DNA of 64,000 nucleotides from Malacoraja senta (taxonomy: Eukaryota): contig CM075987.1 of NCBI GenBank assembly GCA_038087875.1, positions 16,184,001-16,248,000 of the forward strand. Direction: 5' to 3'. The notes beneath the pieces are model-generated. The model was not told the DNA's origin and ran no database searches. It saw only the letters and a list, made by a program, of their open reading frames with translations. Both the position numbers and the translations under genes were made by a program. This document shows, piece by piece, positions 24,696-38,997 of this stretch. Numbering within the stretch: the first letter of the stretch is position 1; every line of letters starts with the position of its first letter.

Positions 24696-26168
24696 CTGTG
24701 GAGAAAAAGGTTCTGTAAAATTTCTAACCCTGCAATTACTATCTACTAAATAGCACCATGCAGGTATCATTAAACGACAGCAGTGATTCACGATGGGTCA
24801 TCATTGTGTCAAGAGTGTTTAAGAGGGTGACAAGATATGGTGGTGTTGCCAGTATTGCCCACATCCCATATCATAATTTTTTTTAAAAATGTATAAAGGT
24901 CTTTACAAGGGACAGAGAAAATTGAAATTAAAATTGATCCTTGGAACTCACTTTAGAGCCACAGAGTCATATAGCACTGGAACAGGCCACTGGTTCAACT
25001 CTCCCATGCCAACCAAAATGCCCATCTACACTCATCCCATCTGCTCACATTTGGCCCTTATATCCCTCTAAACCTCTCCTATGCATGTACCTGTCCAAGT
25101 GTTTTTTAAATGTAAAAAAAAACAAAAAGGTGCTCAAGCAACTCAGCAGGTCGAGCAGCATCCCTGGAGAACATGGATAGGTGATGTTTTTGGGTTGGGC
25201 CCTACTCTAGCACTCTGTGTATTTAAAAATATATATATAAACTAGCATCTGCAGTTCGTTGTTTTTACATTCTATCTTTTAAATGTTGTTGTAGTACCCA
25301 TCTTAACTACCTCATCTGCAGCTTATTCCTTATATCCACTGCCTTCTGTGTGAAAAAGCTGCCCCTCAGGTTCCGAATGTATTCGAGTGTGTAAATTGCA
25401 CAGTTTTGTGCCTACAGTGATCAATAGGGCAAATTTCTAACCAATTATTGTATTGATCCTTTGGGATTTCTGTCAAGACGTAGAGCATTGCAAACCCCTG
25501 GGGTGGCCATTCACAACTAAATCCCAATTAGCTGCCCATTCCACAGATAGCCTTGTAATATGGGAACAAAATTACTTTGTTCCCTCATCGGGGATAAGAG
25601 GCACAATAAGAAGAATCATGGTAAAAGTGGGAAAAATAGAATAAGGTTTATTTTCTGATGCACACATTACATGCCATTTTCATACACAGATTCATACAGC
25701 ACGGAAAGAGGCCCTTCAACCCAACTCATCCATGTTGACCAAGATGCCACATCTTAGCTAGTCTCATTTACCCACATTTGGCCCATATTTCTCTAAACCT
25801 TTCCCATCCATGTAGCTATCCAAATGTCTTTTATATGCCATTATTGTACCTGCCTCAACTACTTCAAAGTGCTGCACGGTCAGCTCCACTTTGTAAATCA
25901 GGATTCTTCCTCTCTCCCTACTTTTCTCTCTAAAAACCCGGTTTGATTATCATGACCAAGTGACGTTAATTCTGCCTGCCAGAAAGGCAAGGCCTGTTGA
26001 GTATTTGCAATGTTATCTGCTTTTAAAATGAAAGATTCCCAACAGCCATAATCTTTTGTTTTTAAATTACTTTCCAATAAAGTATGTGTAATGGATATTT
26101 GTATTAACTAGCTTTCAGCAAACAAAGTCAGAGCTGAAATGAAGCAGCTCACAGATAATAAGGTAGTG

Positions 26169-26730
26169 TAGTAAAACCTTGTTATAACAGACCTGGAGGC
26201 TGGGGGGTGATCAATATTGCTGATTGTCTGCTATAACCGAGTTAGAGATTATCATTGTATAAGTTGTAGAAACAAGGAACTGCAGGTGCATGTTAATACA
26301 CAAAAGGACACAAAGTGCTGAAGTAACTCAGCAGGTCCAGCAGCATCCCTGGAGAACATGGATAGGTGACATTTAGAGTCGAGACCCTTCGTCAGAGTCT
26401 CAGTCTAGAACTGGGTCTGGAATCCAGGCTAATTGACGGTCCCAGCCTGCTGGCATCCAGGGGAGAGGCGAGGATCGGTGGGGTTGCGGCCCAGGAGCAT
26501 CCGGAATGCAGGAAAATGGTCAGCGGCAGCGGTAGGCACAGCCTGGAAGCAGCCGAGGTAGCTGTGTGGGACGGCGGTGACGTCAGAAGTCCCGCCTGAA
26601 AGCAGCCGGGGAGGCAGTGCCGGGCTAAGGGCGGTGACGGCAGCCCAGCTTGGCGGTGAAGGTCAGTAGGTCTGTCCGCTATAACCAAAATCAGTTATAA
26701 ACTGTAAGCTGTAATAACGAGGGTTTACTG
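26169..26730. mobile_element. Tigger/pogo-like MITE containing a pLTR fragment (about 26265-26397)
   Basis: TIRs AGTAAAACCTTGTTATAACAG / CTGTAATAACGAGGGTTTACTG, followed by TA. Confidence 0.7.
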
Positions 26731-28794
26731 TAGTTTTAAAACTGTAAAGTGTTTAACTGCTGACCTACCATGTGGTGGCAGCAGTGGGTTTTTAACCAAT
26801 GAATTACAGAGCACTGGGCACTTACACACAGAACTAAGGATCAGCACCCTTCCACAAGTTCAAGATCAACTGCATTTCAAGTACTTTATATAGGTGACTT
26901 CCACATTACCGGGTGATGGGGGTGGGATTGTGAGGAGGTTTTCCTGTATGGGGGCTGGAATTGGAGGAGGTGAAGCTAGAGAGGTAGCAAGGTACTCCCA
27001 TATTAATTAATTAAGGTCTAATAAGCATTTGATTAACAAAAGGAAAGCGAATTTAAGATGCTCACAAGAAGGATTAGAGAAACTTTGTTCTAAAGGATTT
27101 AGAGTACAACATTTTCTCTTCCAAACGGAAAAGAATCTGAACAAGAGATTTAGCTTTGTTTTCTGTAAGAAAAACTGAATTTATGCTAGTCTTGTGTTCA
27201 GTAATTAGTTTGGGGCAGGAATTAACACTGTAGGATCGAAAGGCTCCTGTTCTCTGAAGGTTGGGATGTAACAAGTGATGCCGCTGAAGAAGGGTCTCGA
27301 CCCAAAACGTTACACATTCCTTCTCTCCAGAAATGCTGCCTGTCCCGCTGAGTTACTCCAGCACTTTGCTCCTCAGGGATCTATATTTGGGCCTCCTCCC
27401 CTTTTACTGATATATTTCATAATGAAGGAGAAAGGAGGAACAAAGAATTGTTCTGCCAAATTTGCAGTCAGCACTAGTTACAAAGGACAATAGTTTTGAG
27501 GAATAAAGGAGCTCATAGGACTAATGTTAACAGATTGGATAGGCACATGGATATGCAGAGAAGAGGGGGATATGGAGCATGTGCAGGTAGAAAGGATTAT
27601 TTCAACATGGCATCATGTTCAGCACAGACATTGTGACCAAAGAGCCTGCTCCTGTGCTGTACTTTCTTTATGTTCTAAGTGAGTAGCAAAACTATTCAGA
27701 TTAAATTTATTATGCAGAAATGTTGATCATTTAATTCATCTGTAAAGTAGGGAGCTGCAAACTATCATGTCACCCCATGAATTAAATGAGCATCGAAAAT
27801 ATTTTGAATTGTGCCCATAAACAAGAACATGCCAAACCCAAGTGCTAATGGCGCAGAAAACAAACCACATCATTGATGTTCCTCATCTGATAAAGTGGAT
27901 GACCAGTCCAAGTGGAATTTGTAAAGAGCATTAAGGGAGGGACAGCAAAGTACACACAATGTATTGCATTTTGAGCTCCTGAGAAGCATTGAAATATATT
28001 ATATCTGCTTAGGACCTAGCCTTGCTTAATAATTTTGACTGCATACTGCCACAAAGATAAGCCTTGCATAAATCCAAGTTTTTAAATTTTCACTTATTTC
28101 ATCCAAAATCTGAATACAAATATTTTATAATACGAAATACTAGGAGAGTTGGTCTGTAATAGTTTGAAGCCATTCTAAAATTTGAGTATTAGTCTAAATT
28201 GCTTTCCAGAGGTCTATATGAAGACCATTATAGGACGTGCTCATTTTTCAAAAACCACACAAGGAATAGCAAATAGCAAATGAACAAGGATGGACGAGGA
28301 TTAAATCCCCCAAATGCTGGCCTCCCTTCCTCAGTGTCCCAAATGGATTTGCATTTAAATTGAGGACCATGGCTTGCAACGGGTCTCTGCCAAACATCTG
28401 CAACATATCTTGTGTAAATGCAAAGCATGGACTCTGGTTCTTGAAAAAGATGTTGAAACGGTCAGTCTCAAATGGGAAACAAAAAAAATACTGCTTCGCA
28501 GTTGAGCACAAAGCACACCAAAATAAGCTCAAAGGGGGTGGGCACAAATCATGCACAGTGCAAATTACTACCTTGTGAAAATGCTGTAATTGTTTATTTT
28601 ATGTTACTTTGCATGTTACTGTGCAAGTCCGTAAAGAATAATAAACTCAACACAGCTGGTCTAGCCTTTAACTTTTTTTTCTGTTAGCAAATTACATATG
28701 GTTCTTATTTAAACCAATTTGAGAAAATCTTTGAGTTGAAGAGATGCATTGTCTAATTCTAAAGGAAGAGTAACTCAATGTGCATTTTTCTGCC

Positions 28795-28994
28795 NNNNNN
28801 NNNNNNNNNNNNNNNNNNNNNNNNNNNNNNNNNNNNNNNNNNNNNNNNNNNNNNNNNNNNNNNNNNNNNNNNNNNNNNNNNNNNNNNNNNNNNNNNNNNN
28901 NNNNNNNNNNNNNNNNNNNNNNNNNNNNNNNNNNNNNNNNNNNNNNNNNNNNNNNNNNNNNNNNNNNNNNNNNNNNNNNNNNNNNNNNNNNNNN
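28795..28994. other. Assembly gap (200 N)
   Basis: Run of N; the round size suggests a scaffolding placeholder. Confidence 1.
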
Positions 28995-29879
28995 CACAGC
29001 ATCACATCACAGGTGGGACCAAGTCTAAGCATCAACTTTGATGGGGAATGGCCTGCTAACCGAAACATGACACAATACATTGATCGGAAATGGAATAGAA
29101 CAAAGTATTTACATAGTAACAAATTGCAAGAACAATGTTCCAATAGATTGTCAGCAGATTCAAACCATGATTTTTTGATTGAATTCATCGATTCAGCATG
29201 GAGCCAGGCCCTTCGGCCCACACCGACCATCGCTTCACACTGTTATCCCACATTCTCATCCACACCCTGCACACCAGGGGCAATTTATAGAGGCCAAATT
29301 ACCTACAAACTCTCACATCTTTGGTACGTTGGAGCAAACCTGAGCACCCGGAGAAAACCCACACGGTCACAAGGAAAAGCGTGCAAACTCCACACAGATG
29401 GCACCCGAGGTCAGGATCGAACTCGGGTCTCTGATGCTGTGAGGCAGCAGCTCTATTAGCTGCTGTGTTGTGGTTGGAAGATCCAAAGGTAGAAAGAAAC
29501 ATGATATACGAGTAACACCTGTTGGTGCTTTGCATTGGATGGAAATGTCAACATTTTTTAAATCATTGATGCAAATATGTTTCTATAAATAAGATGCTAT
29601 TACTTGTAAATGACCGTCTGGTGACTGTACGCATCATTTATGACTGTCTCTGATAACACAAGCCGAGGGAAATAAAAGTCAAACCTGCTGTTGGTCAGAG
29701 TTCCTGTGTTAATACTCATATTCTGCAGACTGCAATTGAGATCATCTGGTGCAGGAGACCCAGTGAACAGCTCAGCAATAAACCCTGTCCATTCCCACTC
29801 ATCATGTCACCCAAGTCCTTCTCAGGTAGTCAGGGAGAATAAGGGAGCTGAACAAGGGAGGAAATTACCCCGCCGATCT

Positions 29880-31230
29880 CCAATGTGACGTGTTGCACTT
29901 TGGGACGTCAAACAAGGGCAGCACCTACACAGTGACTGGTAGGCCTCTGGGTAGAGTTGTAGAGCAGAGGGATCTTGGAACGCAGGTGCATGGTTCCTTA
30001 AAGGTCGATTCACAGGTAGATAAGGTGGTCAAAAAGGCTTTTGGCACTTTGGCCTTCATCAGTCAGAGTATTGAGTATAGAAGTTGGGAGGTCATGTTGC
30101 AGTTGTATAACATTGCCGTTGGTGAGACCGCATTTAGAATATTATGTTCAGTTCTGGGCACCATGCTATAAGAAAGATATTGTCAAGCTTGAAAGGGTTC
30201 AGAAAGATTTACAAGGATGTTGCCAGGACTAGAGGGTGTGAGCTATAGGGAGATGTTGAGTAGGCTGGGTCCCTATTCCATGGATCGCAGGAGGATGAAG
30301 TGTGGGGGGGGGGGGGGGGATTGTATAGAGGTGTACAAAATCATGAGAGGAATAGATTGGGTAGATGCACAGAGTCTCTTGCCCAGAGTAGGGGAATCAA
30401 GGACCAGAGGACATAGATTCAAGGTGTAGGGGAAAAGATTTAATAGGAATCCGAGGGGTAACTTTTTCACACAAAGGGTGGTGGTTGTAAGGAACAAGCT
30501 TTCAGAGGAGGTAGTTGAGGCTGGGACTATCCTATCGTTTAAGAAACAGTTAGACAGGTACATGGATAGGACAGGTTTGGAGGAATATGGACCAATGGCA
30601 GGCAAATGGGACTAGAGTAGCTGGGTCATTGTTGGCCGGTGTGGGCAAGTTGGGTCCAAGGGCATGTTTCCACACTGTATCACTATGATTATGACTCTAT
30701 GACTCCAAGGGCTCCAGTCTATTTGGAATATTGTGTGCAGTTCTGGTTGCCCCCATTACAGGAAGCATGCGGCAGCTTTTGAGAGGGTGCAGAAAAGGTT
30801 TACCAGAAAGCTGCCTGGATTAGAGGGTATTAGATACAGGGAGAAGTTGGACAAACTTGAATTATTTTCTCCGATGCATCAGAGGTTGAGGGGATAGAAG
30901 TTTTTAAAATTACACATAGATAGGGTAGACGGTCTGAACTATTCTTTCCATCAGAGTGGACTTAAGGGCTTAGCTTTATGCTGAGAGTGGCAAAGTTTAA
31001 AGGTGATTTGAAGGGCAAGTTCTTTTACAGAGGGGGGGGGGTGGGTGGCTAGAAACACACTGGTGGTAGAGGCTGCGATAGTGGCATTTAAATAGGCATG
31101 TGGATATGCAGGGACTGGAGAGAGGTGGGTCATGTGCAAGCAGAGATTAGTTTAACTTGGCATCATGTTTAGCACAGACATTGTGGGCCAAAAGGCCTGT
31201 TCCTGTGCTGTACTGTTCCGTTCTATGTTT
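29880..31230 (+). mobile_element. Two adjacent CR1-type LINE 3' fragments
   Basis: [15 protein letters not shown] and RTRGHRFKV motifs; tail-like (tatgactc)n near 30690. Confidence 0.85.
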
Positions 31231-34200
31231 GTTGGACTTGCAATACCACTGCCATACAACTGCCATTGCACTGCTCATGCCCCCCCCCCCCCCCCCCCCC
31301 CCAGTTCAGCAGCAATGATGGGACAAATAACTGCGGCCAAAGTCGTCCATCCTCAGATAACTAGGATCACCGGTGTGTGAGATTTTTATGCACCAATTCC
31401 TGGTTTTGTTCATCAGTGGAGCCAGCTGGTGCAAAGTGGAAATCATATCCAGGATCCCCCACCAGAAATGTCACCCTATTAAGCTCCTCCAGAGATGCTG
31501 CCTGACCCTCTGAGCTACTCCAGCACTGTCGCTTTAAAAAAATTTAAACCAGCCTCTGCAGTTCCTTGTGCCTGTCCTTTAAACATTGTTATTGGTTTAT
31601 TATTGTTATGTGTACCGCGATACAAAGAAAAGCTTCTGTTTGCGTGCTATCCAGCCAGACCGCATCATACTATACACAAGTATTATCAAACCATACACAT
31701 GAACAATAGGTAGGGTAGAGAGCAAGGAGAAAAGTAGCAGAGTGCAAAATATAGTGCTACAGAATAAGGGGGCGGCCATTTAGGACTGAGATGAGGAAAA
31801 CATTTTTCACCCAGGGAGTTGTGAATCTGCGGAATTCTCTGTCACAGAAGGCAGTGGAGGCCAATTCACTGGATGTTTTCAAGAGAGAGTTAGATACAGC
31901 TCTTAGGGCTAAAGGAATCAAGGGATATGGGGAGAAAGTAGGAAAACGGGGTACTGATTTTAGATGATCAGCCATGATCATATTGAATGGTGGTGCTGGC
32001 TCAAAGGGCCGAATTGCCTACTCCTGCACCTATTTTCTATGTTCTATGTTTCTATGTTACAGGTAGGTAAGAAGATAGGGACTGCATCCTAGTTTATGGG
32101 AGGATTGCTCAGTAGTTTGACAACCGAGGGGAAGAAGCTGTTCCAGGGGTACGTGCTTTCAGACTTTCGTATTGTCAGCCTGATGGGAGAGGGGATACAA
32201 ACGAACATCTTTCACTTGCTGTAAAGTGCCTTCGATCCCACAAGTACTAGCTCATGAAGGCATGAATTTCCTAATAGTCCCTCGAAGCAGAACCTTTCAA
32301 AATTTAAATCTCTTGCGATCAATTAGAGATTCCTTCTCACCAAAGACATTCTGTTCAAATCTTCATGAGCCATCCAACAGCGTTGGAATAAAACCAACAT
32401 AACTCCCTCCTCACCCATAAAAGAGTTGGTCTCAATATCCCGTAGCGAATGCTGAATTGGCAGAACATGGACCAGCAACATGGGAACAAGCCCTTTGGTC
32501 CTGCTGCAGCTCCTGGCTCTTTGCCCCTTGGCTCTAGCGAGCATAGAAAAGTGGAGCACAGGAACGAGCCCCTCAGCCCACAATGTTTGTGCCAAACATG
32601 ATGCCGTTAAACTGATCTCCTCTGCCTGCACGTGATCCATATCCCTCAATTCCCTGCATATCAATGTACCTATCGAAGAGCCTCTTAAATCTGCCTGCAC
32701 CGCACCCTGGCAGCATGTTTCAGGCACCCACCACTCTGAATTTTTTTTTAAATTACCTCGCAATTTCTTTTAAAGCTTAACGCGATGCCCTCTAGTCTTT
32801 GACATTTCCACCCTAGAAATGTCCCATTAGGTTTCTGCACCTTCTGCCCAAAGGTAGGGGTGAAATGAGAGCAGGGTCAGCGAGGTGTGGGTCTTTGATG
32901 ATATTGGCTGCCTTTTGGAAGGAGTGCCTCCTATAGATCCCTTCAATGGTGGGAACGTCAGTACCTGTGATGGACCTGGCAGTGTCCACCACTCTCTGTC
33001 ATCCATGATATCTGCTGGAGGCCAGGATAGAGTGGATGTGGAGAGGATGTTTCCACTGGTGGGAGCATCCAGGACCAGAGATCGTAGCCTCAGAATTAAA
33101 GGACGTTCCTTTACGAAGGAGATGGGGAGGAATTTATTTAGTCAGAGGGTGGTGAATCTGTGGAATCCTACGCCACATAAGCCAAGTCAATGGATATTTT
33201 AAGGCAGTGATAAGATTCTTGATTAGTACGGGCGTCGGGGGTTATGGGGAGAAGGCAGGAGAGTGGGGTTAGGAGGGAGAGATAGATCAGCCATGATTGA
33301 ACAGTGGAGTTGACGATGGGCCGAGTGGCCTAATTCTACTCCTATCACTTATGAGCTGGGTGTGAATGTGAGATGGAGATGCAGTGAGGCTTGGATGGGA
33401 CGTGGACACGCTGATTGAGAGTGGGTAATAGCAGTGGGTGTAGGCGCACCAAAGCAATGAGGTTTAGGAAGGAACTGCAGATGCTGGGTTTTTTTACCCA
33501 AGATCGACATAAAGTGCTTGAGCAACTCTGCGGGTCAGGTAGCATCTCTGGAGAAAAGGAATAAGTCAAGTGTTGTGCCGGAACCCTTTTTCAGAAATGA
33601 AGTTATCGACATCAGCCGGGAAAAAATGTTCAGTGTTATTTTTACATTTTGGAAAATTGGGATATGTTCACTTTCAAAGTCTTTCACAGATTTTAAAACA
33701 CGTGTGTTTGCGTTCAGCCAAAGCTGGGCTGGGTAACGGGCTGGATAACCGACGGGAACTGGTGTGAGCTGCTTGCAGATACAGTGCTGGGGCAACAGCA
33801 GGTGGAGACGGCCGACCCTGGGAGAACAAAGGCTGCGATCAACCAAGAAGCCCTCCACAGCCACAGCCCACCCAAACACAGCTGGCAGCCGCCGCTCTGT
33901 TTGCAATGAAGTCCCACCACTGACATACAGGAACCGGTTTCAGCAGAACACGGTGTGGGCTCGCTTCCCATATCCGACCCACTTGTCTCTCCTTCAGCCC
34001 CATCCGGATCACCCCGGTTCTGGGGCTCGGGGAATTGCCGAGGTACCTGCTTTTCTTGTTCCAAACTGGAACTGCAGAGGGCAAGGCTGAAGGTGTGTCC
34101 CAAGGTGAGACAAGCCCTCGGCTCTTTCATGGCGTTCGGACCCGACAGATAGAAAGGCAAGGTTTAGAGGGATACCGGCCGAATGGGACTGACCCAGAGT

Positions 34201-37200
34201 GCCAACGGAGGCCGGCACGGACATGGTGGGCCGAAGGGCCTGTTCTCGTGCTATACAGCTCGGCGACACAGTGGGAGAAATGCTGTTCTTTGGGACATGG
34301 AAAATGTGGATGTGCAGCGTGCCCGCTGTTAATTCATCTCTAGCCCTAGTTCAAGAGGAGACTGGTGTTAGCTGTGAATGGCACATAAAACAAACAGAAC
34401 ATTGGAATAACTCATCGGATCAAGCTGCATCTGTGGTGGCAAACGGTGCAAATGAACGTTTTGTGTCAGGTTCCTGCATCCACCGTGGGGAGTAAGGTCT
34501 CCCCTCAATCTCTGACTCTGCAAACAAAACAATCAAAGTTTGCCCAACCTCTCCTTGTAACTAATACCCACACAGTAGGTTAGCAAACCAGATAGCCATT
34601 GTACTTTTTTTTTTTAATTTACAGATGATTTAATTTAGACACACAAGATGCTGGTGGTAGCTTTGAACTCCTGCTTGTAGATAGTTAACTCAGTCTGAAT
34701 CAGTGTGAATGATTAGTTGCAGCAACTTAACCACACACCATTTGATTACCTAGGGTAGATAGAGAGTTGGAACCCTTTCCCCCCCAATCACATGGTGGAA
34801 ATATCGAAGACTGGAGAGGACAGACTTAAGGCGAGAGGCGCAAGGAGATGTGATTTTTTTGAAACCCAAGGAGTCGAGGTTGCATGGAATAAACTGCCAG
34901 GGATGGTGATGGAAGCAGATATGTAGTGGCGTTGAAAGAGGTGTTTATTTAGACAGGCACGTGGATCTGCAGGGAATGGAAGGCTATGGGTCGCATGCAG
35001 GCAAAGAAGATAGTTTTAACTTGGCATCATGTTCAGCACAGACATTGTGGGCCGAAGGGCGTGTTCTTGTGCTGTACGTTTCTACATTCTATGTACCCCG
35101 GAGCCTAGAGCAAAGAGCCAAGAGTCACAGCGAACAGAAATAACACACCAGGATCAACAAGCAGATTCCAAAGCTTGCCCCAATGCTCCTTGTGCTTTCT
35201 TACTTTAACCAAAGAGGACAAGGACACAGTCAAAGTGCTAAGACAACTGATCAATTCCATGTTTTACTTAATAGTAAAATAATCACTAGATAACTTTGGT
35301 TGAGATCAACTCACCCAAACAGTCGACTGGTAGATCGGCTCACACAGTTGCTTACAGTGAAGACTGACGGCGTGGAAGCAGCTTAATCCCTGGCCATGAT
35401 ATTCAGGGTAGCGTGTTTCACAAATGTCGCAATGTTCCAATTTTAGCTTTCGTCCCTCTCACGGATTGGTTTCCCCTTTGTTGGTCTTGCCCAGTGACTG
35501 CTGGTCTCTGTCAAGAGAAGATGCACGCACCCTGGTTCTCTCTCCACCAGCGAGCCGGTGCTCTGCCCGTCTCACGCCCGGACTCTGCCAAGAGGGGAGG
35601 TTTTCAGTTATCTACTCTGTCTCTGCTGGGCATTCGGCACTTGTACTTGCTCTGTTCGGAACACCTGCTGCACCTGGGTGTAATTAGACCGCAGCCTGTA
35701 TATTTACAATACAAACTATTCACTGGGAGATAGTAACCAATCGAGCAACAGTTATCCTTTGAGTTGCGTTTCTAGTCAGCTGTCTTTACCCATCGCAAGC
35801 CATTAATTCTCAGCAACAATTGGCAAAGCCAGACACAACCGCCTCGCATTGCTTTGATTGTTTTCAGCCTGCGATTCACTCTTGCACCTTCTGTTCATTA
35901 GGTTGTTACCGATAAGGCAACATCACTCTTTGCATTTATAGGGCGTTGTTAAAGGAATACATAAAATAAGTCTAAAACTCATCACAGGTAGTGTGATTCG
36001 GAGCCGTAGGAGGAGATACAAGGACAGATGACCAAAACGATGGACCCCATGATCCCTCTGAGCTACCGATGTACAGAGGGATCTTAGGGTCCAGGTCCAT
36101 GGCTCCCTGAAAGTGGCAACACAAGGAGATGTAGTGGTAAAGGGGGCACAGGACACAAAGTGCTGGAGTAACTCAGCAGGCCAGCCTCTATCTTCTCTTG
36201 TTAATGGGCAGTGGTGAGCCAAGGATTTATTTAACAATTGTATTAGTTGGAATCAAACTCTTCTCCAGTCTTGAAATATAATTGACATCAACCATTTGTC
36301 AATGAATTTCCAAGTTACTACATCCAATAGCTCTAGGGGCTAGTGGAATCAAGGGATATGGGGAGAAGGCAGGCACGGGTTATTGATTGGGGACGATCAG
36401 CCATGATCACAATGAATGGCGGTGCTGGCTCAAAGGGCCGAATGGCCTCCTCCTGCACCTATTTTCTATGTTTCTAATAGAATTTATATTTTGCATAATG
36501 AATTTTTTTACGTTGCTCCAAGATACACAAACAGAAGAGTGAGCAACGAGATAAATGAGTTAAATAATACTTGGCGCCAGGGACAATTCATCAGGATTGC
36601 CAGGAATAAGTAACAAGCAGACAGCAGCAAACAGCACAACACTAATGGCAGGGAAATAGACAGCAGAACACAGATAACATAAAATAAAAGACGTATCAGT
36701 CTCAGAGTCTTTGAGCTTGTCTGAGTTTGAAAATCTAAACTTGGAAACTCCACTATTTTGCATCAGTCCCACACTAAATATTTTTATCTGATAAATATTG
36801 ATCTATTCACCCTAAAAACTTATTTTGGATATTGCATCATCTGCTTAAATGCATTCCCTATCCCTTTCATGAGTCAAGAGTGGTTAATTGTCATATGTAC
36901 CAGCAACAAAACAATTAAATTCGTACTTATTCCAGCTTAGGGGTCCAAAAATGCAATAACACAGACACATATATAGTAATCAATAATACAATAAAGTAAG
37001 AACAGCAATACTAGGTAACTATAATAGTACAAAACAGAAGTCCATTGTGTAACCAAAGACACAATCCATAGAAGGCCATGGTTGCTGAGGTTTGTAATGT
37101 GCAGTGTTCAAGAACCTGATGGTTGCTGGGAAGAAGTCTTTCTTGAACTTGGTGGTCACCGTTTTTAAGTTCTTGTGCCTTCTTCCTGATGGTGGTAGCT

Positions 37201-37275
37201 AGATGAGAGCGTGGCCAGGGTGGCGTAGGTCTTTGATGATATTGGCGGCTTTTTTGAGGCAGTGCCTCTCGTATA

Positions 37276-37710
37276 TGAAAGAATGGATCGACTGGGCTTA
37301 TGTTCACTGGAACTTAGATGGATGAGGGGATCTTATAGAAACATATAAAATTCTTAAGGGATTGGACAGGCTAGAGGCAGCAAACATGTTCCCGATGCTG
37401 GGGGAGTCCAGAACCAGGGGTCACAGTTTAAGAATAAGGGGCAGGCCATTTAGGACTGAGATGAGGAAAAACTTGTTCACCCAGAGGGGTGTGAATCTGT
37501 GGAATTCTCTGCCACATAAGACAGTGAAAGCCAATTCACTGGATGTTTTCAAGAGTTAGATATAGCTCTTAGGGCTAATGGAATCAAGGGACATGTGGAG
37601 AAAGCAGGAACGGGGTACTGTTTATGGATGATCAGCCATCATCATATTGAATGGCAGTGCTGGTCAAAGGGCCAAATGGCCTACTCCTGCACCTATTTTC
37701 TGTGCTTCTA
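37276..37710 (+). mobile_element. CR1 3' fragment nested in an older minus-strand Rex/Babar-like fragment (about 36870-37920)
   Basis: MFPMLGESRTRGHSLRIRGRPF; flanks read as a Rex-like 3' region (LLPSGRR / SFFPA-type motifs on minus). Confidence 0.75.
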
Positions 37711-38529
37711 TATCCAATCGATGGTGGGGAGGTCAGTACTGGTGATGGACTGGGCAGGGTCTATCTCTCTCTGTAATCTCCTTCATTCCTGAGCATTGAG
37801 TTGCCAAACCAGGCTGCAATGTAACCAAGTCAATGTGCTCTCTACCATGCACATGTAGACGATTGATAGAGTATCCTTCAACATACTGAATCTCTTCAAT
37901 CTTCAGAGAATGCGGAGGCAGTGCTATCACCAGTTATATAAAAATAGAAAATACTGCAAAAACTCAGCATCTGTGGAATGAGTTCTAATGGATAGTCTCT
38001 GACCTGAAATGTTAACTCTGAATCATTTCCATTGAAGCTGCCTGATCTGAGGGCTTCCAACCAGTTTTCATTTCAGGATTTCCAGCATGCTGAGCCTGCA
38101 GTACCCACTGCCAGCATTAGATGGCAGAGCTGCCCCATTCGTTTGAGCTCCTTACCACCACCTGCTGGTCAAGTGTGCCACGACAAGAGTGAACTTGGAA
38201 TTACATGCCCTTGAAGAAGAACATGGATTTATTTAATGCTTCCTGTTTCTCCAGAATAGCCCAATTTGTAGCCAAATAATCATTTGTTGAACAATTACAA
38301 TGCTGCTAGATGCCGGGAGCTCAAAGTGAAAAGCAGATTGTTGGATATCTAAACTAAATATGGAGTTTATTTTCTCATATCAAAGGATTCTTCTTGAACA
38401 AGTTGGAGATGTGGCAAGTTTTAAATAAGTGGGAAAGGGTGGGGAAGGAGGAGAGGATAGACATCTCTGAGTTTCAAGATTAAATTAATGGGCCCAACAT
38501 GCCACAGAACCAAAAGAAAGACCCAAGGG

Positions 38530-38997
38530 ATACAAGGCACTGCAGATGCTGAAATCTTGAACAAATAACGTGCTGGAGGAACTCAGCAGGTCATGCAGCA
38601 TCTGTGGAGGGAATGGACAGATGACTGTTCAGACTCTTCTTCGGACTGATGGAGTGGTGGGGGGGGACTGGAAAAGAAAGGTGAGGGCATGACAAAGCCT
38701 GGCAAGTGAGAAGTGCATACACTTGGGGGTGTGATTGGCAGATGGGTGGAGTGACAAAGGCTGGAGGTGAAAAGGAAAAAAGACGTCAGATTGAGAGTGA
38801 AATGTAAAGGCGGGGGATGGGGGGGGGGGGAATAAAAGGGGAGGGGTGGGGAAAGGAGCAGCGTGACGGGTTGGTGGGAGAAATGCGTGCACACCAGGTT
38901 GGGCATGGAGGGCGGGGAGGGGTGGAAGAGGGAAGGTATTACTTGAAATGCAAGAATTTGATGTTCAATACTGTTGGGTTGTAAGCTGCCCAAGTAC
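38530..38997 (-). mobile_element. Penelope-like 3' fragment (GIY-YIG end plus pLTR)
   Basis: Minus strand LGSLQP..., a pyrimidine-rich tract, then cagtccgaagaagagtc and the same pLTR end as 52400-52500. Confidence 0.75.

Noticed and set aside
27066..27253. Candidate upstream exon of the unidentified gene
   Set aside because: Donor phase does not connect to the downstream phase-0 exons without an additional, unfound exon.
28692..29459. Long ORFs spanning the poly-X region
   Set aside because: Artefacts of the 200-N gap plus SINE sequence.
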